Shown piece after piece: positions 41,414 through 53,576 of a stretch of 64,000 bases of DNA (its first letter is position 1; the number at the start of each line of letters is the position of its first letter). Source of the stretch: an uncultured Prochlorococcus sp. (GTDB lineage Bacteria > Cyanobacteriota > Cyanobacteriia > PCC-6307 > Cyanobiaceae). The translations under genes were made by a program, and so were the position numbers. The notes under the pieces were generated by a model. It did no database searches. It saw only the letters and a program-made list of their open reading frames with translations, and was not told where the DNA came from. The DNA lies in NCBI GenBank assembly GCA_902518475.1, contig CABYGI010000004.1:17303-81302 (forward strand), read 5' to 3'.

Positions 41414-42375
41414 AGTTGATCCCATATCTTTTTTGCTTCATTTAAAAATAGAAAAGATTTAGGGAACTTATTCATTGCTAAACCAGGAACTTTTGGAGTT
41501 TGTCCTTGTAATTGTAGAGACGACAAATGATAAAGCCATCTCTTTCCTATACCAGTTTCAAATGAGGTACTTATAGATATATAAGCTTTTTTATTTTCTA
41601 ATTCTCTTAAAAGTTTAACTGGATTATTTTCTTGAGAAGGCCTTCTAATTTGCCAACCTTTCCACTCATCAATCAAATTTGGAAATTTTAAAAGTGATTC
41701 GTCTAAGGCTATAGGGATTTTTTTGTTGAGTTCTTTCAGTCCATCAATATCATCAACACACAGGGGTTGTTCTAACCAATCTAGATTTTTGTTATCCTTC
41801 AAAATATCAGCCCATCTATTAGCTATCTCTCTTCCCCAAGAACCATTAGGATCTATTCTTAACCTAATATTATTGTCTATTTGGCTTAAAATTTCTTCTA
41901 AACTTGCTTCTTCCTCATGATTATTTTTTAATGCTACTTTCCATTTTATGGTTAATGATTTGCCAATATCAGATTGTCTTTTTTTAATTTCATTTAGATC
42001 TGAAACTACATTTTCATTATTTAACAATATGGCTGTTTTATCAATTTCATCAAAGTAGTAGTTTTCTTTAAAAATTATTTTTCCATTTATTTCGGCTAAT
42101 GCAGAATTTATTGCAGATTGAATGCATGGGTGAAAAATTTTTATTTGCTCAGATAAATTAAATACTTCTAAATACGAAGGGATCATATCTAGTTGTTTCG
42201 CACACTTTTTTAAGTCTTCTTTATGCAGAGGTGAAACTTCTCCAAACCCAATTTTTTTATCATTACTTGTTAATTTAATTATCCAACCCGATTTTGTATG
42301 GTAAGCGGTTTTAGAATTTTCTAGTTTGGCTGATAACTTAAAGCTATAAGATTTTTTTTGAAATATCAAGTTCAT
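41410..42375 (-). CDS. menC: o-succinylbenzoate synthase
   Basis: GFGEVSP, KWK, RIDPNG, LEQP, ALDES. Confidence 0.85.
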   Translation of the reverse strand: MNLIFQKKSYSFKLSAKLENSKTAYHTKSGWIIKLTSNDKKIGFGEVSPLHKEDLKKCAKQLDMIPSYLEVFNLSEQIKIFHPCIQSAINSALAEINGKIIFKENYYFDEIDKTAILLNNENVVSDLNEIKKRQSDIGKSLTIKWKVALKNNHEEEASLEEILSQIDNNIRLRIDPNGSWGREIANRWADILKDNKNLDWLEQPLCVDDIDGLKELNKKIPIALDESLLKFPNLIDEWKGWQIRRPSQENNPVKLLRELENKKAYISISTSFETGIGKRWLYHLSSLQLQGQTPKVPGLAMNKFPKSFLFLNEAKKIWDQL

Positions 42376-43289
42376 TTATTAAGCAAGAAATTAAATATTA
42401 ATCCTGTGATTAAGCCAACTCCATTAAGAGTTTGAAATTTTATTGCAATGAATTTAGAATTTTTTATCGCACTAGGGTTTTTATATGAAGATCTTAATAA
42501 ATTTATAAGTCTTATTGCTTGCGGGAAACTAATTAAATAAAGGATACAAAACACTGGAATAAATCCATTAACTATAGTGAAAAGTTGAAAAATATATATT
42601 GTAAAAATTATCCAAGGCACAAATTGAGAACCTTTTTTTGCCCCTAAGCGAACTAAAGGCGAATTTTTCCCATGCTTTTTATCTTCAGAAATTTGATGAA
42701 AATGAGAACAAAATAATACAAGAGTTGTTGCCAAGGAAGGTCCTGAACCAAGTAATAAAGAAACTTTCCATGGAATATCTTCAAAGAAAATATTAGATGG
42801 ATTTAACGCAATTAAGACTGCAGAGTAAGCAAAAGGTCCAAATGCAAGCCAGCATAATGGTTCTCCTAAACCTTTATAGCCAAATCTAAAAGGAGGACCT
42901 TGATATAAATATCCTAAGAAGCAGCAAGTTGCCACCAAAATCAAAATGTTTATACTTGTTGATACTGAAATAATTGAAATTATTAATAAACCAATAACTA
43001 AAGATGTATATGCAATAAATGAAATTATTTTTTTATTTTTTACAAGATTTACAATTGAATGGAATTTAAATTCATCGATTCCTGTTTCTGCGTCGAATAA
43101 ATCATTAGTTAGATTTTCCCAAAGTAATATCAAAATTGCAGCTAAAGTAAATGCAATCAAATTATAAATTTTTACCTTTTCATATTGATTGAGCAAATAA
43201 GCCCCTGTTATTAAAACTGGAAGTATTGCAACAGAGTAAAGAGGCCATTTTATTGCTTGTTTCCATAATTTTTTTTTATCTTCGTCCAT
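42372..43289 (-). CDS. menA: DHNA phytyltransferase
   Basis: NLTNDLFD, YQGPPFR, EDKKHGK; UbiA-family membrane protein. Confidence 0.9.
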   Translation of the reverse strand: MDEDKKKLWKQAIKWPLYSVAILPVLITGAYLLNQYEKVKIYNLIAFTLAAILILLWENLTNDLFDAETGIDEFKFHSIVNLVKNKKIISFIAYTSLVIGLLIISIISVSTSINILILVATCCFLGYLYQGPPFRFGYKGLGEPLCWLAFGPFAYSAVLIALNPSNIFFEDIPWKVSLLLGSGPSLATTLVLFCSHFHQISEDKKHGKNSPLVRLGAKKGSQFVPWIIFTIYIFQLFTIVNGFIPVFCILYLISFPQAIRLINLLRSSYKNPSAIKNSKFIAIKFQTLNGVGLITGLIFNFLLNK

Positions 43290-43390
43290 TTTTAATTAAC
43301 ACACAAAATTAGATAATTATTAAACCTAGTTTATAAATTGAGTTACATTTTTTACTTTATTGCATGATTTTTAGTTATTTTCAATAAGTA

Positions 43391-44803
43391 ATGAAAAATG
43401 ATTTAAACTTAACAGATTTTTTAAAAGATGTTTTTTCTTCTTTCGATAAGAAAGTTGAAAATTCTGGATTAGTAAGTATTTGTGTTGAGATTCCTTGTAT
43501 TGATTTATTGCAAGTTTATGAATTGTTAATAAATAAATATCCGTTTTCTTCATTTTGGGAGGAATCTGATGGCATTTCATATATAGCTTTAGAGAAGTGT
43601 AAATATATTACTCTGGATGGTCCAAAAAGATTTGAGGTAGCAAAAGAGTTTAATTCTGAGAATTTTAAAAATTTAATTAACTTAACTAATGAATCACATA
43701 ATTCTGCACTATCAAAAATAATTTATCTATTTTCTTTCTCTGAAAATTTGAATAATAAGAATTTACCTTCAGATATCCCTAGTTTGGAAGCCATCTTGCC
43801 AAAAATATTAATTACTAAAAGTGATAAGAATTGCTGGTTAAGAATCAATGGTCATGTTGAAGGTAAATCATCATTAAGAACATTAATCGAAGAAATATGG
43901 ACAATTAGAAATCAAGTTATTAATTCTCAGCCAGAATTAATAAAATCATCTGGCTTGAAAATTAGTCTTGATTCCCCTTTTATTGACGATTTCTCACGCT
44001 CCTTAGAAACTTCTAAAAAAAATATGAAAAAAATAGTAAATAGAGGAATTCAATTAGTAGAGAAAGGTATTCTCGAAAAGATAGTTTTAGCGAATAGGAT
44101 CAAAATAAAACTTAAAAATAAATTAGATTTAGTAGAAATTTTAAAAAGATTTAAAAAGAAGCAACCAAATACATGTAGATACGTTTGGAAAAGGAATAGT
44201 CAAGATATTTTGTTTGGAGCATCTCCAGAAAAATTATTTTCTTTTTCTAAACCTAATTTAACTTTAGAGGCTCTTGCTGGAACTATCTCTACTAATTCAA
44301 ATTTTAAGAAACTCCTAAAAAGTACTAAAGACTTAAAGGAACATAATTATGTAATACAGTACTTGATTAAATCTTTAGAAGTTGCAAAAATAACAAACTT
44401 TAAAAAAAGTGATGTCAAGGTAAATTCATTTGGAGATATTTCTCATTTGCAAACACTTATTGTCTCTAAAGTTGAAAATATTTGTCCTTTTGAATTGCTT
44501 AAAAACTTACATCCATCTCCGGCTGTTTGTGGATATCCAAAAACAGCAGCAATGGATTGGATAAACACACTTGAGTCTTTTCCTAGAGGAAATTATGCTT
44601 CTCCAATGGGTTGGGTTGATTCATCAGGCAATGCTTCATTTCTTTTAGCAATAAGAGGTGCAAGATGTATTGAAGAAAATATTGAATTTACTGCAGGTTC
44701 AGGTATAGTTTCAGGATCCGTTTTAGAGAAAGAAATAGATGAGATTAAATTAAAATTTGAATCTATAGTAAAACAGATATTTTTCGCTAAAAATCCTAAA
44801 TAA
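43391..44803 (+). CDS. menF: Isochorismate synthase
   Basis: [27 protein letters not shown]. Confidence 0.9.
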   Translation: MKNDLNLTDFLKDVFSSFDKKVENSGLVSICVEIPCIDLLQVYELLINKYPFSSFWEESDGISYIALEKCKYITLDGPKRFEVAKEFNSENFKNLINLTNESHNSALSKIIYLFSFSENLNNKNLPSDIPSLEAILPKILITKSDKNCWLRINGHVEGKSSLRTLIEEIWTIRNQVINSQPELIKSSGLKISLDSPFIDDFSRSLETSKKNMKKIVNRGIQLVEKGILEKIVLANRIKIKLKNKLDLVEILKRFKKKQPNTCRYVWKRNSQDILFGASPEKLFSFSKPNLTLEALAGTISTNSNFKKLLKSTKDLKEHNYVIQYLIKSLEVAKITNFKKSDVKVNSFGDISHLQTLIVSKVENICPFELLKNLHPSPAVCGYPKTAAMDWINTLESFPRGNYASPMGWVDSSGNASFLLAIRGARCIEENIEFTAGSGIVSGSVLEKEIDEIKLKFESIVKQIFFAKNPK

Positions 44804-45719
44804 TTTCTACTAATTTTTCAATAACTTCCGCTGAAACATTCTTATTGGATAAATTTTCTATTTCTCTTAAACCTGTTGGACTGGTTACATTAATCTCGCT
44901 AAGCATTCCATTTATTACATCAATACCTACAAAAAATAAACCTTCATCTTTGAAATGTTGAGATAATTCTGAGCAGATACTTTTTTCTTTTTCTGTTAAT
45001 AATGTGCGTTCAGCCTTCCCTCCCATCGCTAAATTACTCCTAAAATCGCCTCTTTGAGGAATCCTATTTATAGATCCAATTGCTTCTCCGTTTACGATAA
45101 TTATTCTTTTATCACCCTCTATGACTTCAGGGATAAATTTTTGCATCATAACGGGTAATTCTTCTTGAGAAGTGATTAATTCAATGATTGATTTAATTCC
45201 TGGAGAATTTTTATTTATCCTGATAACACCTTGACCACCTTTTCCTCCAAGAGGTTTTATGACCACTTCATTATTAATATTTGCAAAATTAATAAGATCT
45301 TTTACCTTATTCGCAACTATTGTAGGTGCCATTAAGTGACTGTATCTCAAGGCACCTAGCTTTTCATTCCATGCTCTTAACGATGAGGGTTTGTTAATTA
45401 CTTTTACTCCTTTTCTTTCGGCAACTTCTAAAAGATGGGTTGCATATAAATAAGCCTCATTTACAGGAGGATCTTTTCTCATCCAAATGCAATTAAATTC
45501 TGCGAGAGGTATGCAATCATTTTCTTTGAAAGAAATCCACGGAATTACTTCAACTTTTACGGAAGATGCCCATACTTCATCACCTCTAGCTTCAAGGTCT
45601 TGAGGAGTACAACTCCAGATTTCAATATTTTTTTTTGATGATGCTTGCATTAAAGCAGCAGTTGAATCTTTTAAGGGATTTATATTTTTAATTGGATCAA
45701 TTACGAATAGAAATTTCAT
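44796..45719 (-). CDS. gshB: Glutathione synthetase
   Basis: [31 protein letters not shown]. Confidence 0.96.
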   Translation of the reverse strand: MKFLFVIDPIKNINPLKDSTAALMQASSKKNIEIWSCTPQDLEARGDEVWASSVKVEVIPWISFKENDCIPLAEFNCIWMRKDPPVNEAYLYATHLLEVAERKGVKVINKPSSLRAWNEKLGALRYSHLMAPTIVANKVKDLINFANINNEVVIKPLGGKGGQGVIRINKNSPGIKSIIELITSQEELPVMMQKFIPEVIEGDKRIIIVNGEAIGSINRIPQRGDFRSNLAMGGKAERTLLTEKEKSICSELSQHFKDEGLFFVGIDVINGMLSEINVTSPTGLREIENLSNKNVSAEVIEKLVEII

Positions 45720-45724
45720 AAGAT

Positions 45725-45979
45725 CTAGTTTAATAATGCTTCTAATTTATTTTTATTTTCTAATGCGTAGAGATCATCGCAGCCTCCGATACCCATATTA
45801 TCTATAAATATTTGTGGTAATGTTCTTCTACCATCAGCTCTTTCAATCATCAATGCTCTGGCATTTTCGTCGCCATCTATTTTATATTCTGTAAAATTTA
45901 CATTTTTTTTCTTGAGTAGTGATTTTGCTCGAATACAGAATGGGCAATATTGCCAAGTATAAATTTCAACTTTGGACAT
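45725..45979 (-). CDS. grxC: Glutaredoxin 3
   Basis: CPFC, TLPQIFI, GGCDDL. Confidence 0.93.
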   Translation of the reverse strand: MSKVEIYTWQYCPFCIRAKSLLKKKNVNFTEYKIDGDENARALMIERADGRRTLPQIFIDNMGIGGCDDLYALENKNKLEALLN

Positions 45980-46055
45980 TTTTTTAAAATAATACTTAGT
46001 TTATACTATTAAACAAAAGTGCTTGTTAGATTATAAATAACGATTAAATTCTATT

Positions 46056-47178
46056 TTGATAGATATTACAGATTTCAAAAAAGATCTTTCGGAACTAACA
46101 GAGCGCCTGGGTAATGCTCAGGATTGTCTTTGACGTTCCAAGATTAAAAGCGAAAAGGAAAGAGTTAGAGCAAATTTCTGCTCAGCCTGAATTTTGGGAA
46201 AATCAAGAAGAAGCTAAAAAACAAATGTTAATCCTTGATGATGTCAAAGCACAACTCGAATTGTTAGATAAATGGAAAACTTTTATTTCTGATGCTAATG
46301 CCTCTCTTGAGCTTTATTCTCTAGAAGCTGAAGAGGAAATGATTTTAGAATCGAATCTGGGATTAAAGAAATTAAGAGAGAATTTAGATAAATGGGAATT
46401 TGAAAGATTGTTATGCGGTGAATACGATAAAGAAGGAGCAGTAGTTTCTATTAACGCAGGTGCGGGTGGAACAGATGCGCAGGATTGGGTAGAGATATTA
46501 TTAAGAATGTACTCAAGATGGGCCGATAATAATCAAATGAGCCTTGTCATTAATGAATTATCTCAAGGAGAAGAAGCAGGTATTAAAAGTGTAACGTTCG
46601 AAATTGATGGAAAATATGCATACGGCTATCTGCAACATGAAAAAGGAACTCATAGATTAGTAAGAATTTCTCCTTTTAATGCCAATGGCAAAAGACAAAC
46701 CAGCTTTGCTGGGGTAGAGGTTATGCCAAAATTTGATGATAATATTTCACTTGATATACCTGAAAAAGATTTAGAAATTACAACGAGTAGATCAGGTGGA
46801 GCTGGAGGGCAAAATGTTAATAAAGTAGAAACAGCAGTGAGAATTGTTCATTTGCCTTCAGGAATTTCAGTAAGATGTACCCAAGAAAGATCTCAATTAC
46901 AAAATAAAGAAAAAGCTATGTTACTTCTGAAGTCTAAACTATTAGTGATTGCGAAAGAACAACGAGCTGCAGAAGTCGCTGATATTAAAGGTGATATTGT
47001 GGAAGCTGCATGGGGCAATCAAATAAGAAATTATGTTTTCCATCCCTATCAAATGGTAAAAGATCTTAGGACTATGCAGGAGACTAACGAGTTAGATAGT
47101 GTTTTAGATGGGGGACTTGAACCATTTATTCATGAATTATTACGTATTAATATTTCTTCTAACGAATCTATTGAATAA
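46056..47178 (+). CDS. prfB: Peptide chain release factor 2, made by programmed +1 frameshift
   Basis: TTG at 46056 opens 25 codons ending CTT-TGA-C (46128-46134). The +1 frame carries SPF and GGQ. Confidence 0.95.
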
Positions 47179-47181
47179 CTA

Positions 47182-47364
47182 ATGGAAAATAAAAACGAAA
47201 TTTTAGAAAAAAAAGTTTCTCCTCCAAGCTTTATAAAGCTTGCTATGAGAAATATGGTAAGGAAAGGCTCAAAAAGTATTTCTCATTTTTCAATAACCTT
47301 TCTAGTTTTAATTGGGATATTAATACTTGTGGCCACAATAGGTAAGCCCAATATTCCAGTTTAA
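47182..47364 (+). CDS. Small membrane protein (DUF3285-like)
   Basis: PSFIKLAMRNMVRKG followed by one TM helix; fits tightly in the operon. Confidence 0.8.
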   Translation: MENKNEILEKKVSPPSFIKLAMRNMVRKGSKSISHFSITFLVLIGILILVATIGKPNIPV

Positions 47365-47370
47365 GAATGT

Positions 47371-47910
47371 ATGAAAGAAAAAATTATTTCTGAAATAAAT
47401 TTAGATTTGGTTTTTCAATGTAATGATTTTTCTCAATTTTCAAATAAGTTAAAAGATACTAAAACTAATCTTATTTTTGAATCTATTTTTTGGGAGAATG
47501 TTTTTTTATCTTGGATAAATACAATATTAAAAAAAAAGGATTATGAATTACCAAATTATATTTTTGAAAAAAAATCTTTTTCATTAGGCTTACAGATAAT
47601 ATCTAATCAAGAAATTGCTTCTTTGAATAAGAAATGGATGCAAAAAAATGGTCCAACTGATGTTCTATCGTTTCCAATTATTTCTGATGAATCTCTAAAT
47701 AATTTAGATCATATAGAGTTAGGAGATATATTCATATCGTTAGAGATGGCACTTGAGCAATCTTATGAATATAAAAATTCAATCTATAGAGAGATGATCT
47801 GGTTGGCTAGTCATGGATTTTTACATCTTTTAGGATGGGAACATAATAATGAGCATGATTTAGAAAATATGTTAAATTTCCAAGAATATTTAATTACTCG
47901 ATTAGATTAA
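47371..47910 (+). CDS. ybeY: rRNA maturation endoribonuclease YbeY
   Basis: [26 protein letters not shown]. Confidence 0.94.
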   Translation: MKEKIISEINLDLVFQCNDFSQFSNKLKDTKTNLIFESIFWENVFLSWINTILKKKDYELPNYIFEKKSFSLGLQIISNQEIASLNKKWMQKNGPTDVLSFPIISDESLNNLDHIELGDIFISLEMALEQSYEYKNSIYREMIWLASHGFLHLLGWEHNNEHDLENMLNFQEYLITRLD

Positions 47911-47916
47911 AAATCA

Positions 47917-48327
47917 ATGGAAAAAAAAATAAACTATTTAGAAAATAGAAAAGAATCATACAAAACTTCTAGTAATGTATTTATAAGTTTTAAGTATGCT
48001 TTCAATGGTATTAGTTATGTATTAAAAACTTCAAGAAATTTTAAAATTCAATTAATTTTTGCAGTTACAAGTTTAATACTTGGTTTTTTATTCAAAATTA
48101 ATCTAAGTAATTATGTTATTTTGATTGCAACAATAATGTCTGTTTTAATATTGGAAATATTGAACACATCTATTGAATCAATCGTTGATTTAGTAGTGAA
48201 AAAAGAATTTAGTATTTTGGCTAAAATTTCAAAAGATACTTCTGCAGGAGCAGTATTATTAGCTTCCATTAATTCTGTTATTATTGCTGTATATATCTTT
48301 GTTCCTAAAATAAAGTTGTTATTTTAA
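47917..48327 (+). CDS. dgkA: Diacylglycerol/undecaprenol kinase family protein
   Basis: SFKYAFNG, EILNTSIE, KDTSAGAV. Confidence 0.9.
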   Translation: MEKKINYLENRKESYKTSSNVFISFKYAFNGISYVLKTSRNFKIQLIFAVTSLILGFLFKINLSNYVILIATIMSVLILEILNTSIESIVDLVVKKEFSILAKISKDTSAGAVLLASINSVIIAVYIFVPKIKLLF

Positions 48328-48339
48328 ATCCATATAAAT

Positions 48340-48936
48340 ATGTTTCTTGTTATTGATAATTACGATAGTTTTACTTATAACCTTGTTCAATATTTAGGAG
48401 AACTTTCAGTTGAGCATGAAATAACTAAAGAATTAATAGTTAAAAGAAATGATGAAATTACTTTAGAAGAAATTATCAAAATAAATCCTGGCGGAATTCT
48501 ATTATCTCCAGGTCCAGGCAATCCAGATCAATCTGGCATTTGTCTGCCAATTCTAAAAAAATTATCTAAAAATATTCCGACATTGGGAGTTTGTTTAGGT
48601 CATCAAGCTTTGGCCCAAGCTTTTGGAGGTAAGGTTATAGTTGGGAAAGAACTTATGCATGGTAAGACATCCAAAATATTTCATAATCAAAAAGGATTGT
48701 TTAAAGATATCGAGACTCCATTTGTGGCTACTAGATACCATAGTCTTATAGTTGATTCAAGTTCTTTGCCATCTTGTTTCGACATAACTGCGACTTTAGA
48801 AGACTCAACAATTATGGCTATCTCTCATAAAGAATATAAACATTTACATGGGGTACAATTCCATCCTGAAAGTGTGTTGACGCAATTTGGTCATAAATTA
48901 ATTAGTAATTTTCTAAAAATGGCTGAACAAAAGTAA
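48340..48936 (+). CDS. Anthranilate/aminodeoxychorismate synthase component II (TrpG/PabA)
   Basis: IDNYDSFTYN, SPGPG, GVCLGHQ, QFHPES. Confidence 0.94.
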   Translation: MFLVIDNYDSFTYNLVQYLGELSVEHEITKELIVKRNDEITLEEIIKINPGGILLSPGPGNPDQSGICLPILKKLSKNIPTLGVCLGHQALAQAFGGKVIVGKELMHGKTSKIFHNQKGLFKDIETPFVATRYHSLIVDSSSLPSCFDITATLEDSTIMAISHKEYKHLHGVQFHPESVLTQFGHKLISNFLKMAEQK

Positions 48937-48956
48937 AATAAAAAAAAATTAATATT

Positions 48957-49682
48957 ATGATTTCTCAAATTAAAAACTTTTTATTTTTGATATTAGTTAG
49001 CTCTTTTTTACCTACCTCATTATTGGCAAGGAATCTAGGAATAAAAAGTTTGGGACATAGTAGTTTTTTAATTACTAGTGAGGATAAATCTATTCTTATA
49101 AATCCCTTTAAAGCAATAGGTTGTGCAAGTAATTTAAAGGAGCCAAAAGAAGTCAACGTAGATTTTATTTTGGCTAGTTCTAGGCTTCCAGATGAAGGAT
49201 ATAACCCTAATGATCAATTAATGTTCGTTGAGCCAGGAATCTATCAATTTGAGGATATTTTATTAAATGGAATTTCTGTACCACATGACAGAGTAGATGG
49301 AAGAAGATTTGGGATGGCAACTGTTTGGAGTTGGGAGCAGAATGATCTCAAAATTGTTCATATGGGAGGAGCTGCTGGTGATATTGATATAAACAGTCAA
49401 ATTATTTTGTCTAGTCCAGATATATTGTTTATTTCAATTGGAGGAGGAATAAAATCTTACAATGGTAAAGAAGCCTCAAAAATAGTTAAAATCTTAAAGC
49501 CTAAAGTAGTTATTCCTGTTCACTTTGAACGCGGCAAAAAAATTAATAAAGAATGTGATTTCTCAAATGCTGATTTATTTATTGAAAATCTGAAAGATTT
49601 TAAAGTAAAATATGTTGGAAAAGATTTTCAAATAAAACCTAAAAGAATCGATCAAAATACAATTTATATTTTCAGTAATTAA
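48957..49682 (+). CDS. Metallo-beta-lactamase-fold protein with an N-terminal signal peptide
   Basis: LGHSSFLI, PHD, HMG, IPVH; the canonical HxHxDH motif is degenerate. Confidence 0.75.
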   Translation: MISQIKNFLFLILVSSFLPTSLLARNLGIKSLGHSSFLITSEDKSILINPFKAIGCASNLKEPKEVNVDFILASSRLPDEGYNPNDQLMFVEPGIYQFEDILLNGISVPHDRVDGRRFGMATVWSWEQNDLKIVHMGGAAGDIDINSQIILSSPDILFISIGGGIKSYNGKEASKIVKILKPKVVIPVHFERGKKINKECDFSNADLFIENLKDFKVKYVGKDFQIKPKRIDQNTIYIFSN

Positions 49683-50788
49683 TTTTTTAAATCTAATATC
49701 TTGTAATTGTCCCAGAAAAAAATCATTTGTTCTTTAGTTCCAATACTAACCCTTATTGAATTACCGATATCTTTTTTGTTTTCCATACTTCTAATAAGAA
49801 TACCTTTTTCTCTCATCTGTTTTATTAGGATTTTAGGATCTTTTTTTGGCCAAATTAAGAAATAATTACCTCCACTAAAGTGAGTTCTGATTTTTGTTGA
49901 TTTAAATTTATTTAAAATCCATTCCCTCGCATTTTTTACTTCTAAAACATAATTATCAATATATGATTTGTCTTTAAGTGCTGCTAATGCCGCTGTTATT
50001 GCAAAGCTGTTTACATCATATGGTCCTGTAACTTTATTAATGTACTGAATTAACCTTTTATTGCCAAAAGTAAAACCTATTCTTAAACCAGCTAGACCTG
50101 CAGTTTTTGAAAGAGATTGGATTATTAGTATATTTTTATTCTTTTCAAAATCTATCGATTCAAGAAGACTATCTCCATTAAATTTTTCATATAGTTCATC
50201 AACAACTATTAATGAATCTTTATTGATATTGGCTAAATTAATTATTTCATGAGAGTTTATAACAGTTCCTGTTGGATTATTTGGATTGCAAATAAATATT
50301 AACTTTGGATTATGCTTTATTATTTTTTCCCTAAATTCTTCGATGGGGAATAGGAAATTTTCTCCAATGTAAGAACAACTTATTTTTTTCATTCCTCGGA
50401 TTTCTGCACAAGGAGAATAGTAACCAAAAGTTGGATTTGTGGTTAGAAATATTTGATCTTTTTCTCCAAAGCAATTGAAAATTGCATTTATTGCTGCATC
50501 TGCTCCATTGAAAATTCCGATTTCATCATTACCAAATTTTCTTGAATCAAGATATTTATCACATAAAAATTTTTTTAAAAAATTATATTCTGGATAAATT
50601 GAAATCTCATCTAATTTTATCGCTTGTAATTCCTCTAAAACCTTAGGACTTGGACCTAAAGTATTTTCATTAAAGTCTAAGCGGAGTAAATTTCTTCTAT
50701 TTTCTAAAGGTGCAGAGTAAGACTGCATATTTATTATTTCTTCTCTTGGTTGTGGGAAAAGATTATTTAATGGATCAAAATCATTCAT
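49679..50788 (-). CDS. hisC: Histidinol-phosphate aminotransferase-like class I/II PLP enzyme
   Basis: LDFNEN, NPNNPTG, VDE, SLSKTAGLAGLRIG. CobD-like specificity is not excluded. Confidence 0.75.
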   Translation of the reverse strand: MNDFDPLNNLFPQPREEIINMQSYSAPLENRRNLLRLDFNENTLGPSPKVLEELQAIKLDEISIYPEYNFLKKFLCDKYLDSRKFGNDEIGIFNGADAAINAIFNCFGEKDQIFLTTNPTFGYYSPCAEIRGMKKISCSYIGENFLFPIEEFREKIIKHNPKLIFICNPNNPTGTVINSHEIINLANINKDSLIVVDELYEKFNGDSLLESIDFEKNKNILIIQSLSKTAGLAGLRIGFTFGNKRLIQYINKVTGPYDVNSFAITAALAALKDKSYIDNYVLEVKNAREWILNKFKSTKIRTHFSGGNYFLIWPKKDPKILIKQMREKGILIRSMENKKDIGNSIRVSIGTKEQMIFFWDNYKILDLKN

Positions 50789-52602
50789 TACATTCTTTCT
50801 AAAGTTTCAATTCCTAAAAGCTCTAAGCTTAATTTTAGTGTTTTTGCAGTTAGGTCACATAAATTAAGCCTAGAAATTTTTATATTTTTTTCTTCTTTGA
50901 GGATTGGAACTTGATCATAGAATCTATTAAAAGTCTGACATAACTCGAAAAGATAATTGCATAATCTATTTGGCATTAAGTCTTTTTCAATAGAAATTAT
51001 GACTTCATCGAACTTAAGTAATTTTCTGATAAGTTTCCACTCAGATTTATGTTCATAATTTACGTATTGAAAATCTTTAGAGTCATAAACAAAATCATTT
51101 TTTCTTTTAATTCCTGAAATTCTTACAAGTGTATATAACAAATAAGGAGCAGTATTACCATTAAGGGAAAGCATTTTATCAAAACTAAATTGATAATTGG
51201 TAATCCTATTTTGACTTAAATCTGCATACTTAACAGCTCCTAATCCAATAATTCTTGAAGTATTTGCTATAAACTCTTCGGTCTCATAACGATCTTCATC
51301 TTCTAATCTTTTTAATAAATCTTCTTTTGCTCTTCTAACTGCTTCATTTAATAAATCTTTTAGGCGTATTGTTTCACCTTCTCTTGTCTTAAGTTTTTTG
51401 CCATCAATTCCTTGAACTAACCCAAAAGGGACATGGTCTACTTGACAATTTTCTGGGATCCATTTTGCTTTTTTTGCAACTTGAAAAACTCCAGCAAAAT
51501 GATTTGCTTGCCCATGATCAGTTACATAAATAATTCTTGAAGCATCATCGCCATTAGGAGGTTTATTGAATCTGTATCTTATAGCAGCAAGATCTGTGGT
51601 GGCATAATTAAAACCTCCATCTTTTTTTTGAATAATTAGCGGTAAAGGTTTGCCCTCTTTATTAGTCATCCCATCTAAAAATACACATTTTGCTCCTTGA
51701 TCTTCTACTAAAATTTTTTTTAAATTCAAATCATCAATAACTGATTTTAAGAAGGGATTATAAAAAGATTCACCTCTTTCTTCTATTTTTATTTTTAAAT
51801 TTTTATAGATTTCATCAAATTCTTTCCTTGATTGATCACATAATAATTTCCAAGCTTTAATCGATTTAATATCTTCACTTTGTAACTTAACTACTTCCTC
51901 TCTAGATCTTTTTTGGAATTCAGATTCGTTATCAAATCTTTTTTTTGATTCTTTATAAAATTCAACTAAATCACTTATCTTGATCTTTCCTATTTCTTCT
52001 AGATCATTTGAATATAAATCTTTGAGCTGAGTAATAAGCATGCCAAATTGTGTCCCCCAATCACCAACATGATTGAGTCTTAATACTTCATAACCTCTTA
52101 ACTCGAAAATTCTAGATATTGAGTCACCTATTATTGTTGATCTTAAATGCCCTACATGCATTTCTTTAGCAATATTAGGACTAGAAAAATCTACAATAAC
52201 TTTATTAGACAAACCACTATCTAAATTTTTTCTAATTAGAGGTATGCCAGCCCTGTTGCATTGAATATTTGACTTAATTTCATTTATTAGAACTTCATCT
52301 TTTAATTTAATATTAATAAATCCAGGTCCAGCTATTTCTAGACTCTTACATAATTTTGCTATGCTTTTATTTTTATTTAAAAGGTTAATAAAATCATTAG
52401 AAATATCTCTTGGGTTCTTTTTATATATTTTAGATAAACTTAAACAAACATTACATTGATAATCACCAAATTCCTCTTTTGATGATTGTGTAATTAAACT
52501 TTTTCTAAGAATTTCGAATTCTCCTTTTTTATCATTTTTTTCGAGACTATCTAAAAGAGATTGTTCAAATTGTTTTGTTAATTCTTTAAAAATGATTAGC
52601 AT
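50788..52602 (-). CDS. argS: Arginine-tRNA ligase
   Basis: [28 protein letters not shown]-terminal ERM. Confidence 0.97.
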   Translation of the reverse strand: MLIIFKELTKQFEQSLLDSLEKNDKKGEFEILRKSLITQSSKEEFGDYQCNVCLSLSKIYKKNPRDISNDFINLLNKNKSIAKLCKSLEIAGPGFINIKLKDEVLINEIKSNIQCNRAGIPLIRKNLDSGLSNKVIVDFSSPNIAKEMHVGHLRSTIIGDSISRIFELRGYEVLRLNHVGDWGTQFGMLITQLKDLYSNDLEEIGKIKISDLVEFYKESKKRFDNESEFQKRSREEVVKLQSEDIKSIKAWKLLCDQSRKEFDEIYKNLKIKIEERGESFYNPFLKSVIDDLNLKKILVEDQGAKCVFLDGMTNKEGKPLPLIIQKKDGGFNYATTDLAAIRYRFNKPPNGDDASRIIYVTDHGQANHFAGVFQVAKKAKWIPENCQVDHVPFGLVQGIDGKKLKTREGETIRLKDLLNEAVRRAKEDLLKRLEDEDRYETEEFIANTSRIIGLGAVKYADLSQNRITNYQFSFDKMLSLNGNTAPYLLYTLVRISGIKRKNDFVYDSKDFQYVNYEHKSEWKLIRKLLKFDEVIISIEKDLMPNRLCNYLFELCQTFNRFYDQVPILKEEKNIKISRLNLCDLTAKTLKLSLELLGIETLERM

Positions 52603-52629
52603 TAATTATTCAATTATTTATCTATATGA

Positions 52630-53496
52630 TTAATTAATATAACGCATACTCAAATCAATCCAATTACTTTTGGTGATTGAAGAACTTGTTGAAATCAAAT
52701 CAATACCTTTTATTAGATATTTACTAATTTCTTGAGGGTTTATTCCAGAAACTTCTATTATCAAATTTTTATTGACTTCTTTTTTTAAGCTATTTATTGA
52801 TAAATCTCTTAATTCTTGAACGCTTTTTTTGATTGTTTCAGGATTAAGTTCATCTAATAAGACACTATCCGCTCCTGCTAATACTGCTTCTTTTGCCTGT
52901 TCGATATTCTCAGCTTCAATTATTATATGAGTTGTAAAAGGCGAATTTAGGCGAATTTTTTGTACTGCATTTTTAAGATTATCTGTCCATGCAATATGAT
53001 TTTCTTTGATCATAGCAGCATCGTATAATCCCATTCTATGATTCACCCCACCTCCGCATTTGAATGCATATTTTTCAAATATTCTTAAGCCAGGAGTCGT
53101 TTTCCTAGTATCTGCTAATTTTATATTTGTACCTTCTAATTTATCTGTAAGATTCTTTGTATATGTTGAGATTCCAGATAAATGCATTGCTATATTTAAG
53201 CTGATCCTTTCACTAGCGAGTAAACTTTTTGAAGGTCCATATATTTCTAAGATTTTTTGATCTTTAACAAATTTATCTCCATCAGAGATATTAAATTTTG
53301 GACTGATTTTTAAATCAATTTTTCTAAAAATTTCTTTTAGAATTTCAACTCCACAGAATATACCCTCCTCTTTTGCAATCCAATATGCATTACCATTCTC
53401 TTCAGTAATAGAGGGACTTGTAAGATCTCCCCTACCTATATCTTCATCGATCCAATTATCAATGATTTTACTTATTATTGGAGTATTTAAATCCAC
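52630..53496 (-). CDS. nadC: Quinolinate phosphoribosyltransferase
   Basis: DTRKTTPGLR, HRMGLYD, IKENH. Confidence 0.96.
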   Translation of the reverse strand: MDLNTPIISKIIDNWIDEDIGRGDLTSPSITEENGNAYWIAKEEGIFCGVEILKEIFRKIDLKISPKFNISDGDKFVKDQKILEIYGPSKSLLASERISLNIAMHLSGISTYTKNLTDKLEGTNIKLADTRKTTPGLRIFEKYAFKCGGGVNHRMGLYDAAMIKENHIAWTDNLKNAVQKIRLNSPFTTHIIIEAENIEQAKEAVLAGADSVLLDELNPETIKKSVQELRDLSINSLKKEVNKNLIIEVSGINPQEISKYLIKGIDLISTSSSITKSNWIDLSMRYIN

Positions 53497-53576
53497 TAAA
53501 CAAAAATAATTAATTAATAAAAATTAAACTGAAGTTAGAGAATCAACTATATATCACAATGTAATTTAACTCAAAT

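Noticed and set aside
43342-43358. GTTACATT as an RpaB HLR1 site in the menA/menF spacer
   Set aside because: Only one good half-site; the second is degenerate and out of register.
46114-46133. Apparent prfB start (MLRIVF), or a prfB pseudogene
   Set aside because: Fully explained by the programmed +1 frameshift at CTT-TGA-C.
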